Positions 9,084 through 19,116 of a stretch of DNA of 64,000 bases are shown here, in pieces. The translations under genes were made by a program, and so were the position numbers. Below the pieces are notes generated by a model. It did not search any database and was not told where the DNA came from. It saw only the letters and a program-made list of their open reading frames with translations. Origin of the DNA: a virus (taxonomy: Duplodnaviria > Heunggongvirae > Uroviricota > Caudoviricetes); the IMG/VR virus record IMGVR_UViG_3300029305_011318; one strand, given 5' to 3'. Position 1 is the first letter of the stretch; each line of letters starts with the position of its first letter.

Positions 9084-9482
9084 TTATTTTCTTGTTGCTA
9101 AACCTATAGTTTTTAATAATTTATTTTGTCTATATAAACGTCTAAAAAACGCTTTTATAAAATCTAAATACAAAATATTATTTTTTAAAATTTTGACTTT
9201 ATCTTTAAATATAATAGTTGTGGATTTTTTACGATTACATTGTTTACACAATGGTTGTAAATTATATAAAGCGTCACTTCCGCCATGATACCAAGGGCGA
9301 ATATGGTCGATTTCTACTCTATTTTCTATCGGTATATCAATATTTTCGTTTCCTGGTCTTCCACACCATTTTTTACAATGTGAGCATCGATACCAATATC
9401 CCTTGGTCCCTTTTCTTCGAACTCCGGGATTATAATGTATATAATTTATTCGTACTTCTGTTTGAGTCATTTCGTATTCCAT
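9084..9482 (-). CDS. HNH endonuclease
   Basis: CSHCKKWC ... EIDHIRPWYHGGSDALYNLQPLCKQCNRKK. Confidence 0.8.
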   Translation of the reverse strand: MEYEMTQTEVRINYIHYNPGVRRKGTKGYWYRCSHCKKWCGRPGNENIDIPIENRVEIDHIRPWYHGGSDALYNLQPLCKQCNRKKSTTIIFKDKVKILKNNILYLDFIKAFFRRLYRQNKLLKTIGLATRK

Positions 9483-9517
9483 TCTTGTTTGAGTTAATAT
9501 ATAAAAATGATTTCTAT

Positions 9518-9544
9518 CTTTATATGGTTAAAAAATTCTCAAAA
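9518..9544 (-). promoter_or_regulatory. Box-1 promoter-like motif
   Basis: ctttatatggttaaaaaattctcaaaa. Lies after a hairpin at about 9590..9620 that terminates the ATPase gene. Confidence 0.5.
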
Positions 9545-9647
9545 AAGATGAAAATTGAATATGACTATATTTTTATAAAGAAAAACCCACTATTCATAAT
9601 GAATAATGGGTAACGTTTATTATTATACATTTTAGTTTTTTCAAAAA

Positions 9648-10376
9648 TTATGAATTTCGTTCTTGTTCTAATGGTGTAATATCTCGTTCTCTTTTCCATT
9701 CTTTACTTTGTAAAACAAAATTACGATATTCTTCATAATCATTAAAAGTAATATATTTACCATTATAAACATCAAAACATTGCTCGTTTCGTGCCATTTC
9801 ATATTCGTTGGCGGAGATTAAAATATAAATCTTATTGCCATAATTATTTTCTAAAATCGTTTTAAACAATAGTTCTTTAATATCAACAATATTATCTACA
9901 CTTAATCCACTATCTACAGCATCTAATAATATCCAACGTTCTTTGGATGGTTCTGATTCTATTATTTCTTCTCCTCTGGCTTTTGCAAAACTTGCAATGA
10001 GTTTTTTGTGTTGTCTATTTTTAGGGTCTTCTCCTGTTTTAACAAAAACACCTAATCGTGCGGCTAAATTTTCAATATTTAAAATAATATTTTCTCCTTC
10101 AGAGGAACACATTGCTGTTGTCATAAATGATAAGTCGCCATAAAATCCTGCTTCAGAAATGGATTTGCTTCCTCCATCATGTAGATTATCAAATAAAATA
10201 TATGGCGTATCATCTTGATTAAATTTATCCCTTAATTGGTGTAATAATGTTGTTTTCCCAATACCATTACAACCAACTAGTACCGTCACGCCCGGTTGAA
10301 TTAAAATTGTGGATTTTTTAAATAAATCAAAGTTTTCTTCATAATAATTTTTTAATAGTTTTATTTTTTTGCTCAT
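9648..10376 (-). CDS. Compact ABC/SMC-type ATPase, 242 aa
   Basis: Walker A GCNGIGKTT. Degenerate signature CSSEGEN. Walker B/D-loop ILLDAVDSGLS. Confidence 0.7.
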   Translation of the reverse strand: MSKKIKLLKNYYEENFDLFKKSTILIQPGVTVLVGCNGIGKTTLLHQLRDKFNQDDTPYILFDNLHDGGSKSISEAGFYGDLSFMTTAMCSSEGENIILNIENLAARLGVFVKTGEDPKNRQHKKLIASFAKARGEEIIESEPSKERWILLDAVDSGLSVDNIVDIKELLFKTILENNYGNKIYILISANEYEMARNEQCFDVYNGKYITFNDYEEYRNFVLQSKEWKRERDITPLEQERNS

Positions 10377-10385
10377 ATATATCTC

Positions 10386-10934
10386 CTATATATAATCATA
10401 TCGGGTTTTATCTCCATATCTATCTTCTCGATATGCCGGATATAAAAAACCGTGCAAAATTTCATCATTTTTATCCGTTAAAACACAAATTAAATGAGGA
10501 TAAATTTCTCCACTTTCATTTTCTATAACAGAATTACTACTACCTTGTTCGTAAATACGTTTTTGTGGAATTTCATATACTCCATAATAAAAATGTACAT
10601 ATTTTGTACCTTTACATTTTTTTGCTAATTCTTCTGCAGTAAAGTTAATTATAGCGTCATTTTTTAATTCTGCTGTTAAAATAGCGTTTAATATTTTTTG
10701 ATAATCTTTCCCTTTTGATGTAAACAATTTTTCTTTTAATGCTTTTGAAAATGGGATGTTTTTAGCTAATGTAATTTCTTTGTTTTGTATTTTAGGGTCT
10801 ATACTGCCTATTGCAAAATTATTATAGCGATTTACTTTTTTGTTCGTAATTTCAGAAATATGTACTCGATGTAAGCAATGCTTTTTAAGCGACATTTTCC
10901 TTGTGTATTCTAAAAAAATTTCTCGTTTAATCAT
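10386..10934 (-). CDS. Hypothetical protein, co-operonic partner of the ABC-type ATPase
   Basis: 182-aa ORF ending 9 nt before the ATPase start. No recognisable motifs. Confidence 0.5.
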   Translation of the reverse strand: MIKREIFLEYTRKMSLKKHCLHRVHISEITNKKVNRYNNFAIGSIDPKIQNKEITLAKNIPFSKALKEKLFTSKGKDYQKILNAILTAELKNDAIINFTAEELAKKCKGTKYVHFYYGVYEIPQKRIYEQGSSNSVIENESGEIYPHLICVLTDKNDEILHGFLYPAYREDRYGDKTRYDYI

Positions 10935-11292
10935 AATACTTATACCTTTATAGCGTTTCTTTATAATAAAATCATAATAATATTAAAAGAAATGTATTAT
11001 GCTACTTATTATAGTAATAATCAAAATACCGACTGCAATTGCTAATTGATTCATCAGGAATTCCGGGTTTGCTGTTCCGGATTCTTTTTTATTGATATGG
11101 CTCATATTTTTCTCTCCTATTCATGTGTAATATATTTAGTGTAGAAAATAACTCAATAAATTAGTATAAAAATTTATAATGTATTTATTAAAAAATATTA
11201 ATAATATGGTCATTATAAATACCGGTATCCAAAAATGAGCAACATAATTAATTTCTCCGGATTCTAATTTAAAATAATGTTTATTTTTCATA

Positions 11293-11886
11293 CTAGTCAT
11301 CTCCTTTTTTTAAATCACTGGTTAATATTGCATAATTCGATGGGAAAATAAATGTATGTAAAATATTAATAATTTCATTTTTTTGTATATTCCGATGATA
11401 TGGGCGTAATGTGAACCATAAATTATATTTTTCAGAATAAACTTCACAAAGATAATTATTGTTTTGAGTAGAAATAATAACATTCCATTCAATATCTACT
11501 AAAATATTATTCAAATTAATTTTTGGTGTGGTTACAGTATAAGAAACTAATTCAGTATTTGTGGCTGTTTGTCCTAATTGAAATAATACATTCATATCTT
11601 CCCAATTAATATTTGGAACATTAATTGTAACCGTGCAAATGTTATTATTAAAATCGTATCCTAATTTTCTATTAAACCCAACCAAATAATAATTTCCATA
11701 TTGTGTTTGGACTGGTAAATTATGTTTGTTTTGTATATTATTTGTTTCCGATATATTTTCTGCTATTGGGAGAATAACAGATTTTGTTTTTGCATAAGTA
11801 ACATATAACGGCAATATACAAAGGATAGCAATATTGATAATACAACCGAAAATGATACAATAAATAAATTTATTATAACGAAGCAT
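11293..11886 (-). CDS. Membrane-anchored hypothetical protein
   Basis: N-terminal TM helix, 197 aa. Confidence 0.5.
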   Translation of the reverse strand: MLRYNKFIYCIIFGCIINIAILCILPLYVTYAKTKSVILPIAENISETNNIQNKHNLPVQTQYGNYYLVGFNRKLGYDFNNNICTVTINVPNINWEDMNVLFQLGQTATNTELVSYTVTTPKINLNNILVDIEWNVIISTQNNNYLCEVYSEKYNLWFTLRPYHRNIQKNEIINILHTFIFPSNYAILTSDLKKGDD

Positions 11887-11915
11887 TATAACTCCTTTTT
11901 ATACATTAATCGTTA

Positions 11916-11943
11916 TTTATATATGTCTAAAAAATTCTCAAAA
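11916..11943 (-). promoter_or_regulatory. Box-1 promoter-like motif
   Basis: tttatatatgtctaaaaaattctcaaaa. Confidence 0.5.
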
Positions 11944-11996
11944 CTTGATATTTTTATATAAAAACCCCTCCTGTTATTAGGAAGGGTTGAAAAAAA

Positions 11997-12395
11997 TTAT
12001 CTGTATTCTTCTTTTAGTTCTTCTGACGGTAAGATAGATTTTAATAATGCAATATATTTTGGTTGCATATATTTTGCATATAGTTTATTAAATTTATCTT
12101 TTGCTTCTTGTTGCTCAATATCTAATGGTGTAAACATGGCATAATTGTTATATAATGGTTTTGTTTCTATACTAAATCCAAAATTTAGCAATATGCATTT
12201 TAATCCCGATTCATTAATTGCTTTTTCTAATTCTTCAGTATCTGCTTTTTTATAATTACTGCCGAACTTCATTTTACTTTCATAAAAATCATGTAAATAA
12301 ATTTGTTCTAAAATCGTTAAATCTTCTATATCTGCAGTTAAACCATCCGGGTCTGATATTTTATATCCATTAAAAGCTTTATAATATTTTGACAT
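11997..12395 (-). CDS. Hypothetical protein
   Basis: 132-aa ORF, 2-nt gap to the upstream gene. Confidence 0.5.
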   Translation of the reverse strand: MSKYYKAFNGYKISDPDGLTADIEDLTILEQIYLHDFYESKMKFGSNYKKADTEELEKAINESGLKCILLNFGFSIETKPLYNNYAMFTPLDIEQQEAKDKFNKLYAKYMQPKYIALLKSILPSEELKEEYR

Positions 12396-12397
12396 GT

Positions 12398-13900
12398 TTA
12401 TATCCTTTCTTCCTCTGAATAATTATCAAAATAACTTTGAATCAGACTTTCATTATGTTCATTTAAGGTAGTAAATTGTAACGAATTGATAAAGTTTTTA
12501 TTTGTTCTTAGTTCCGCTGCATGATTAACGATTTTTTGTATTGTACTATTATCCATATTTGGAAAATCCGGATAATGTTTTTCTATATTTTCCTTAATAA
12601 TTTCATTACGACTAAAAATTACCATATTTTGAAAAACTTCTGTACAAAAATGTTCAAATTCATCTATATTCATTGTTTTATAAGAATTAATTTCATTGGA
12701 TGGGTTTCCTTTATCATAAGTGACTATACCTATTTGCGTTTTACCATTATGTTCTCCGAAAACAACTGAAACTGCTTCATATGTGTTATCTTCGGTTTGT
12801 TTATATGTAGATATTTGAATGGATAATGATTGATGATTTAATAATGCATAAGACGATAATATATTGTATATGTTTTTAAAATTCTTCTCTTTATAATTAT
12901 CTTCAATAATACTTTGAACTTGAACGTTATTAAATTCCCGCAAAAAGTTGTTATTTGGGGTTTTATATTCTGTAATAACCGGAGCATTACTATACCAAGA
13001 AAGCATGGTTTTTACTGTGTCTTCACTAACTTTACTACCGTGATTATCATACCAAGTAAATCCTTTATGAAACGTATTTTTATGAGCATGAAGATGAATA
13101 TCGCCAAATTGCAATACCTTAACTGAATTTTGTTCCATGCCTGCATATAAAGCGTTAATTTGTTGCTGTGCGTGAGTTGATATAGAATATTTTCCAATTA
13201 CTCCATATGTCATATTATCACAGACAGAATTATAAAAATTCTGCATATCTTCTACATTACTAAATTCAAGATTGGTAAATTGTCTTTTTTGAAAATCTTT
13301 TAATTTAGGGTTTTTGGGATTTGTGCAAACACTGGATAAAGAACATCCAGATATATGATTTTCTTCTAAGGTATACATTCTACCATTATTAAAGATAAGC
13401 GTGTCACCTGGTTTCATATATTGTAAATGTGTAACTAATGATTGTGGATATTTATAACCAATACCTAATCCTGTATCTTGTAAAGCTTTTGAATAACCAC
13501 GTAATTCAATATACTCTTTTTTATATGAATCTTCTTTTGTAATAACATTATGCCATATTGTTTGTCTTGGTTTATCTTTATCTTCAATTTGTTGATATGC
13601 TCGTAATTCTTCTAAAGTATTAAATTGATTTTTATGTTCTATTTTTTTATGACCAATATCAACAGTAGAATATTTCTTATAAAAAGACATTCTAAAAATA
13701 GTTCCATTTTCTAATGGTACATCAAAAAAATCACCTTCTTGAAGTTGATTATTTGATAAATATTTCTTGGAAATTTGTTCTAATTCTATATATAAATATA
13801 CTAAATCATGTTTGTATTGTGGGTTGCTTCTGGCTTCTCTGGCTTTGTGCCACATCTCTTTTTCCCAAGTTTTTAAATTATTAAATTCGTTGGTGTTCAT
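12398..13900 (-). CDS. Hypothetical protein, 500 aa
   Basis: Long ORF with no Walker or terminase motifs. Confidence 0.55.
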   Translation of the reverse strand: MNTNEFNNLKTWEKEMWHKAREARSNPQYKHDLVYLYIELEQISKKYLSNNQLQEGDFFDVPLENGTIFRMSFYKKYSTVDIGHKKIEHKNQFNTLEELRAYQQIEDKDKPRQTIWHNVITKEDSYKKEYIELRGYSKALQDTGLGIGYKYPQSLVTHLQYMKPGDTLIFNNGRMYTLEENHISGCSLSSVCTNPKNPKLKDFQKRQFTNLEFSNVEDMQNFYNSVCDNMTYGVIGKYSISTHAQQQINALYAGMEQNSVKVLQFGDIHLHAHKNTFHKGFTWYDNHGSKVSEDTVKTMLSWYSNAPVITEYKTPNNNFLREFNNVQVQSIIEDNYKEKNFKNIYNILSSYALLNHQSLSIQISTYKQTEDNTYEAVSVVFGEHNGKTQIGIVTYDKGNPSNEINSYKTMNIDEFEHFCTEVFQNMVIFSRNEIIKENIEKHYPDFPNMDNSTIQKIVNHAAELRTNKNFINSLQFTTLNEHNESLIQSYFDNYSEEERI

Positions 13901-13944
13901 AAGATACTCCTCATATTAATCAAACTAATATAAAAATTTATATA

Positions 13945-13970
13945 TTTATATGTTTAAAATTTTGTCAAAA
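13945..13970 (-). promoter_or_regulatory. Box-1 promoter-like motif
   Basis: tttatatgtttaaaattttgtcaaaa. Confidence 0.5.
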
Positions 13971-14019
13971 ATTCTAGCCTTATTATAATATAATAAAGAA
14001 AAAACCACTATGAAAAAAA

Positions 14020-14220
14020 TCATAATGGTTTTATAAAAACAGGATATATGCTGCAAATCATATACCCTAACATACCTATACCAAAAATAAATTCTCCTAG
14101 TTTATCTACAAAATCAGCATATGGTTCTTCACGATATTGAATGCTAATCAGCAACAAAACAAATCCAACCATTAACAAGGAGACACAAAATAATTTCATA
14201 CAAAGTAAAAGTGGTATCAT
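14020..14220 (-). CDS. Small membrane protein
   Basis: 66 aa, two hydrophobic helices. 1-nt overlap with the cca stop. Confidence 0.4.
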   Translation of the reverse strand: MIPLLLCMKLFCVSLLMVGFVLLLISIQYREEPYADFVDKLGEFIFGIGMLGYMICSIYPVFIKPL

Positions 14221-15611
14221 TATCTTTCAAAATCCATCTCAAAATCTTTTTCTATTTGTAGATATTGTTGCACTTCATTTAATAAATTTGGTTTGGTGTT
14301 AGGCACTTCATCATTGATTACTTTTTCTAATAAATGATTTAATATCTCTCCAATCATAGGTCCAGAGGACAATTGATATGTATTTATTAAGTCTTTTCCG
14401 TTAATTGCTAAATCATTTAATTTGAAAGCAGCATCTTCGTCTTTAATTTGTTGTAAATATGTATCAATTTCAAAAATTTCGCCCCATGTAGGTATAATAT
14501 TGTCCGGAAAAATATGGTCTTTGACATCTGCATGATGTATTTTCATTAAAGCTTGTAAATTTTCTTCCCCAAATTTATTTAGATTTTTTTTGACAAATCG
14601 TAAAGAGTTTTCAAAATTATAATCATGGTATTGAACTAATATTAATAGTTTCTCTTTTTCTTTTTTGGTTAAAGTTAAATCATATTGACAAATGTTTTCA
14701 GTAATTTCTTTACTTTTTTCCGGATGACCGTGAAAAGTTCCTTTGCCATTAATTTGTTCATAACACGCTGGTTTTCCTATATCATGAAATAATCCTGCTA
14801 ATTTAGTAATAAAATCATCAGATTCAATAGCATCGGTTACACACAAACAATGTTCATACACATCATGTTCATGGTATGGATTATTTTGCTGGAAATTAAA
14901 TGATGGTCTAAAATCAGTGATAAGACTGCCAATAACATCTTTATATTCTAAAAAAATATCATGAATAGGTTGTCCACAAGTTAATATTTTGCGAAATTCT
15001 TCTGTTACTCGTTCTTTGGAAATGTTACTTAACAAATATACATTTCTATGAATCGCTTCTGCTGTTTCTTTTTCAATTGTAAAGCCATATTTAATAGCAA
15101 AACGTAATGCTCGTAGTATTCGTAAAGCATCTTCTTCAAATCTTTGGTCCGGATTACCTACAGCTCGAATGATACCATTTTTTAAATCTTCTCTTGCTCC
15201 TTCTACTTCTACATATCCTTTTGTTGGATGATAAGCAATTGCATTAATCGTAAAATCACGTCGTTTTAAATCTTCCATAATATCTTTTGTAAATTCAATG
15301 TTATCCGGATGGCGATTATCTGCATATCCATTCTCTTTACGATATGTGGTAATTTCATAATCATCATTTACACCTTGTATTATAAGGGTTCCGAATTTAG
15401 TGCTATTATTATTTTCATAAAAGGACATATTATTATGTTGGAATAATTCTTTCATTTCATCCGGTGTTAAATTTGTGCATAAATCAAAATCATTAGGTGT
15501 TTTATGTAGTAACATATCTCTTACAAATCCACCAACAAAATATAATTCTGTGTCCTTATTCCATTTCTCAAACATTGGAAATAAATCTAATGGTCCATGA
15601 AGAAAAATCAT
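14220..15611 (-). CDS. cca: CCA-adding tRNA nucleotidyltransferase with HD domain
   Basis: GGFVRD, RDFTINA, HD block LFHDIGK. ATG at 15611 preceded by AAGGAGAG. Box-1 variant at 15663..15688. Confidence 0.85.
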   Translation of the reverse strand: MIFLHGPLDLFPMFEKWNKDTELYFVGGFVRDMLLHKTPNDFDLCTNLTPDEMKELFQHNNMSFYENNNSTKFGTLIIQGVNDDYEITTYRKENGYADNRHPDNIEFTKDIMEDLKRRDFTINAIAYHPTKGYVEVEGAREDLKNGIIRAVGNPDQRFEEDALRILRALRFAIKYGFTIEKETAEAIHRNVYLLSNISKERVTEEFRKILTCGQPIHDIFLEYKDVIGSLITDFRPSFNFQQNNPYHEHDVYEHCLCVTDAIESDDFITKLAGLFHDIGKPACYEQINGKGTFHGHPEKSKEITENICQYDLTLTKKEKEKLLILVQYHDYNFENSLRFVKKNLNKFGEENLQALMKIHHADVKDHIFPDNIIPTWGEIFEIDTYLQQIKDEDAAFKLNDLAINGKDLINTYQLSSGPMIGEILNHLLEKVINDEVPNTKPNLLNEVQQYLQIEKDFEMDFER

Positions 15612-15721
15612 ATAACTCTCTCCTTTATTGTTCATTTATAAAAACTTACACTTCTATATGTATAAATTTTCTTCAAAAATAATAAGCCACTAACATAATA
15701 ATGTTAATGACTTAAAATAAA

Positions 15722-17356
15722 TTATTCTTGTTGGTATGGTTTTTCTAATTCATTATCAAGAACTTGTTGAATAGTTTCGGATAAAGAAAAATTAGGTTCT
15801 TTTTTGTTTTTATATAATTGGATTAAAAACTTACTGGTATCAATTCTAGGAATCTCAGATGTAATATCGGTTACTCCATTATATAACACTACCCGTTGTT
15901 TGATTGGTCCAAATTCTTCTTCTACATATTGTAAAAACTCTGGATTTTCTAAATGTTTACTTTGTTGAGAAACATTTTGTGAGGAATGTTTTACTTCAAA
16001 TAAATATGTGTCTTTTGTTTCCTTATCGAAAACTAAAACATCTGCTTCGCATGACCGGTCATTAATAATACAATTAAGTTTAGATACATAATAACGACCA
16101 GAATTATTACCCGTTGCGTCAAATTGGTAAACTTCTTTTCCATCGCATAATAAATAATACATATCAGCAATTACTACATTTTCCATAATTTTACCCATTG
16201 CTGATTCATAGGCTTTATTTAAAAACAATTGCTTTTCAGCCTTCGTTGCGTCTATCCATGATGAATCTTCTATAAGTTTATCTAAAACATATCGAATATT
16301 AGCATGAAACATTCCTGGATGGCAAATCATTTCTAAAGTCTTGTCCGGTGTTTGTGTTTCATATGATTTATAAACCGGAATATTCATAAAAACTCCAATT
16401 TTTTGTAAATACTTATAAATCGTATTAATATCATCATCTTCAATATTTGATAATATCTCACAACCTAATAAGGATGCAATTTTAGCATTAACTTCTTGAT
16501 ATTTTAAATTGTTTGTAATTTCAATACCATTATCATAATGTTTTCTAATAACATCTTTAGCATCACCTAATGGTGCTGATTTAAATTGTTGAGTAATAGC
16601 TTGATAAGTACGTGTTTGACTATATCGATTTACTATACGCTCAATTTCATTTTTTAATTGCGATGTTTTATATCGTTCTGTTAACGTTCCTGGATACCGA
16701 CGTATTCCTTTACTTTTTTCAACAGAACGAATAATATTACCAACAATTGCTGTAGACACAAAGCTTTTAGTAGAATCATATGATTCAAAACTATCTGTTT
16801 GTAATACACTACCTTTTTGGATATATTCATTAATAGTTTCTATACCGGTTAAACGGGAATATTCTCCAAATGTTGTATATGTTGTATTGACAAATTGAAT
16901 TCTATCATACATTTCTTCAAGAGAAGATAAATATAACCCTAATGAATCGGTTCCTGTAACAACTACTTTTGCATTATTAAAATTAACAAAAATATCAGAC
17001 AAAACTGTTGCTGCGCGTTGAAAATCATCGGTATAAGTAATTTCATCTACAAAAAAATACTTATATCCATTGTTTAATTTATCTTTCATATAAATTAAAA
17101 TATCATCAAAAGTTGTTTTGCCATTAATACAATTAATATAAACTGTTTTTTGTTTTTGTTCATCTGATAATGATTCAATTGCTTGCTGTAATAATGTTGT
17201 TTTTCCAGTTCTTCTTAAACCATATATAGCACAAATTCGATGTTCATGTTTTGTTGATTGCAAATATTGGGTAATTTGTGAAAAACAATCACGTTTTAAA
17301 TATTGATTACCTTCAAAATTTTGAGTTGTAGAATATAATTCAAAATTATTAGTCAT
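15722..17356 (-). CDS. AAA+ ATPase with C-terminal DUF4143-like PD-(D/E)xK domain (COG1373-type)
   Basis: Walker A GLRRTGKTT, Walker B FFVDE. C-terminal EADVLVFDK...FEVKHS. Confidence 0.7.
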   Translation of the reverse strand: MTNNFELYSTTQNFEGNQYLKRDCFSQITQYLQSTKHEHRICAIYGLRRTGKTTLLQQAIESLSDEQKQKTVYINCINGKTTFDDILIYMKDKLNNGYKYFFVDEITYTDDFQRAATVLSDIFVNFNNAKVVVTGTDSLGLYLSSLEEMYDRIQFVNTTYTTFGEYSRLTGIETINEYIQKGSVLQTDSFESYDSTKSFVSTAIVGNIIRSVEKSKGIRRYPGTLTERYKTSQLKNEIERIVNRYSQTRTYQAITQQFKSAPLGDAKDVIRKHYDNGIEITNNLKYQEVNAKIASLLGCEILSNIEDDDINTIYKYLQKIGVFMNIPVYKSYETQTPDKTLEMICHPGMFHANIRYVLDKLIEDSSWIDATKAEKQLFLNKAYESAMGKIMENVVIADMYYLLCDGKEVYQFDATGNNSGRYYVSKLNCIINDRSCEADVLVFDKETKDTYLFEVKHSSQNVSQQSKHLENPEFLQYVEEEFGPIKQRVVLYNGVTDITSEIPRIDTSKFLIQLYKNKKEPNFSLSETIQQVLDNELEKPYQQE

Positions 17357-17404
17357 GATACACCTCCGATGCAGTTAGATAAAAGAATTATAACACATTC
17401 TATA

Positions 17405-17432
17405 TTTTTATATGTCCAAAATTTTTTAAAAA
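17405..17432 (-). promoter_or_regulatory. Box-1 promoter-like motif
   Basis: ttttatatgtccaaaattttttaaaaaa, downstream of a hairpin at about 17441..17468. Confidence 0.45.
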
Positions 17433-17479
17433 ACATATAAAAAAAATAAAAGGGCTAAAAAAATAGTCCTTTTATTATA

Positions 17480-17704
17480 TTATGGAAATTTTTCCTCGAT
17501 TAAATAATTTTGTGTATCATTTATATTATATTGATATTGTTGTTCTAATTCTTCAATTTGATGTTCTATTTGTATGATTCGAATTCCTAAATATAGACTA
17601 AATAATAATAGTCCAATTGCCGTCCAAAACATGATTTTTTGTGGTTTTGTCATGATATTTACTTCACTTCTATCATTAATATATTCCCTAATACATAAAT
17701 ACAA
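17480..17704 (-). CDS. Small membrane protein
   Basis: 74 aa with one TM segment. Confidence 0.4.
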   Translation of the reverse strand: MYLCIREYINDRSEVNIMTKPQKIMFWTAIGLLLFSLYLGIRIIQIEHQIEELEQQYQYNINDTQNYLIEEKFP

Positions 17705-18089
17705 TCCACAGAATAATTTAACATATCTATAAAGGCTTCATTACTATTCGTTGATAAATCATAAATAAAATGACGTTCCATATTATTATATATAATTGTA
17801 ATTTTTGTTCCAAATTGTGTTATCGAAAGTAATTGTTCTAAGTTCATATGAATTTTGAAATTGCAAAATACCCCTTAATACAAAAGATAAACCTAATATG
17901 AAAGATTCTTTCATAAAAAAATATTAAGGGGTATAAAACAATTTGTAATAGATTTTACTATTGTTTCAGTCATATTATACCAAAATTTAGAATTAATGCA
18001 AGAATAGAATATATAATTTTATCTATAAATATTGGAATAAAAAAATAGGGTCGTATTTATCTACAACCCTATTTTTACAATTATAAACT

Positions 18090-18917
18090 TTAATTGAACA
18101 TATCCATGTCGTCCATCTCGATGTCGTTGTTTTCAAATCCACTACCCTGTGCAGGTTGTGACTGAGGTGGAGTTTGTGTTGGCGCAGTTTGAGAAGGAGC
18201 AGGTTTATCTCCATTATTTCTTTCTCTTGTCTTTTCGTCTATATATGTAATATCAATTGCTTTATAACCCATATGGTCACAGTATTTATTTAAATACTCT
18301 TTTCCATCTTCGCCTGTTGACGGAATTGTATAATCTCTACCAGGCTGTGTTACAACACTTACATACATACGATTATTATCTTTATCAAACTTGCCAAACA
18401 TGGCTTTTGCTCTGTCAATTGGTGTTTTCTTTCCGGCTTCTACATTGTTGCCATCATAAATTTTAATTCTATGATTAACGTAAGAGCCATCTGGTTCTTT
18501 TGTTGTAATAGTTACATCAAAGTGAGGTTTCTTTGGCTTACCTTCTTTATTTACCTTTGGTGTACCATCTTCGTTCTTTTCTTCATTAAGTTTAGCTCTT
18601 TTTACAAATCCTGTAACAATTGCTAAATCTTCAACTGTAAATGAACTATTGCCCATTAAAATTGCATCTGCGTTAATTGTGTTCTTTCCGGACTGATAGC
18701 CGGTACATGTTACAGTTTTGCCTACTCTGTAATTTTCATCTGTTAATGGATATGCAGAATTGATTGTAAAATCAATTGGATGAACGCCCTGTGTATCTCT
18801 TGTTTCAGAAGATACTACCATTGATAATCCATCATCAGAAATAGATTTGATTGGTCCAATAATTGTCTGTAATCCGGATGCTTGATTTTTGTAAACTCTC
18901 ATAATTTTTTCCTCCAT
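18090..18917 (-). CDS. Putative single-stranded DNA-binding protein with acidic C-terminal tail
   Basis: Ends ...ENNDIEMDDMDMFN, an acidic tail with a penultimate Phe as in T7 gp2.5 and SSB C-termini. Pro/Gln-rich linker before the tail. Confidence 0.4.
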   Translation of the reverse strand: MEEKIMRVYKNQASGLQTIIGPIKSISDDGLSMVVSSETRDTQGVHPIDFTINSAYPLTDENYRVGKTVTCTGYQSGKNTINADAILMGNSSFTVEDLAIVTGFVKRAKLNEEKNEDGTPKVNKEGKPKKPHFDVTITTKEPDGSYVNHRIKIYDGNNVEAGKKTPIDRAKAMFGKFDKDNNRMYVSVVTQPGRDYTIPSTGEDGKEYLNKYCDHMGYKAIDITYIDEKTRERNNGDKPAPSQTAPTQTPPQSQPAQGSGFENNDIEMDDMDMFN

Positions 18918-18983
18918 AATTGGGTACTCGCCCTAAAAATAAATAATATAATAAGTAATATTGACGAAAAATAGTCGTCTATC

Positions 18984-19009
18984 TTTATATGGAAAAAGAC
19001 TTCTCAAAA
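18984..19009 (-). promoter_or_regulatory. Box-1 promoter-like motif
   Basis: tttatatggaaaaagacttctcaaaa, with a terminator hairpin at about 19040..19065 upstream in gene order. Confidence 0.5.
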
Positions 19010-19116
19010 ATGGTCTAAATTAAAAATAAAATTCAAAAAAGAGAGAAAATTTATTCTCTCTTCTTTGAATTTCTATTCTTTTTTGATTGTTGAAATTGCT
19101 TATTTTTGTTTGAATA

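Noticed and set aside
9084-10934. A Septu-like three-gene system (unknown, ABC ATPase, HNH nuclease)
   Set aside because: The HNH gene is separated from the ATPase by a hairpin terminator (about 9590..9620) and its own box-1 promoter (9518..9544). It looks like an independent homing endonuclease, so only the two-gene cassette is proposed.
12398-13900. Terminase large subunit or other virion proteins among the large ORFs (12398..13900, 24774..26975, 19117..20785)
   Set aside because: No Walker A/B ATPase motifs, no portal- or capsid-like features. I cannot support any structural annotation; the virion module, if any, is outside the window.
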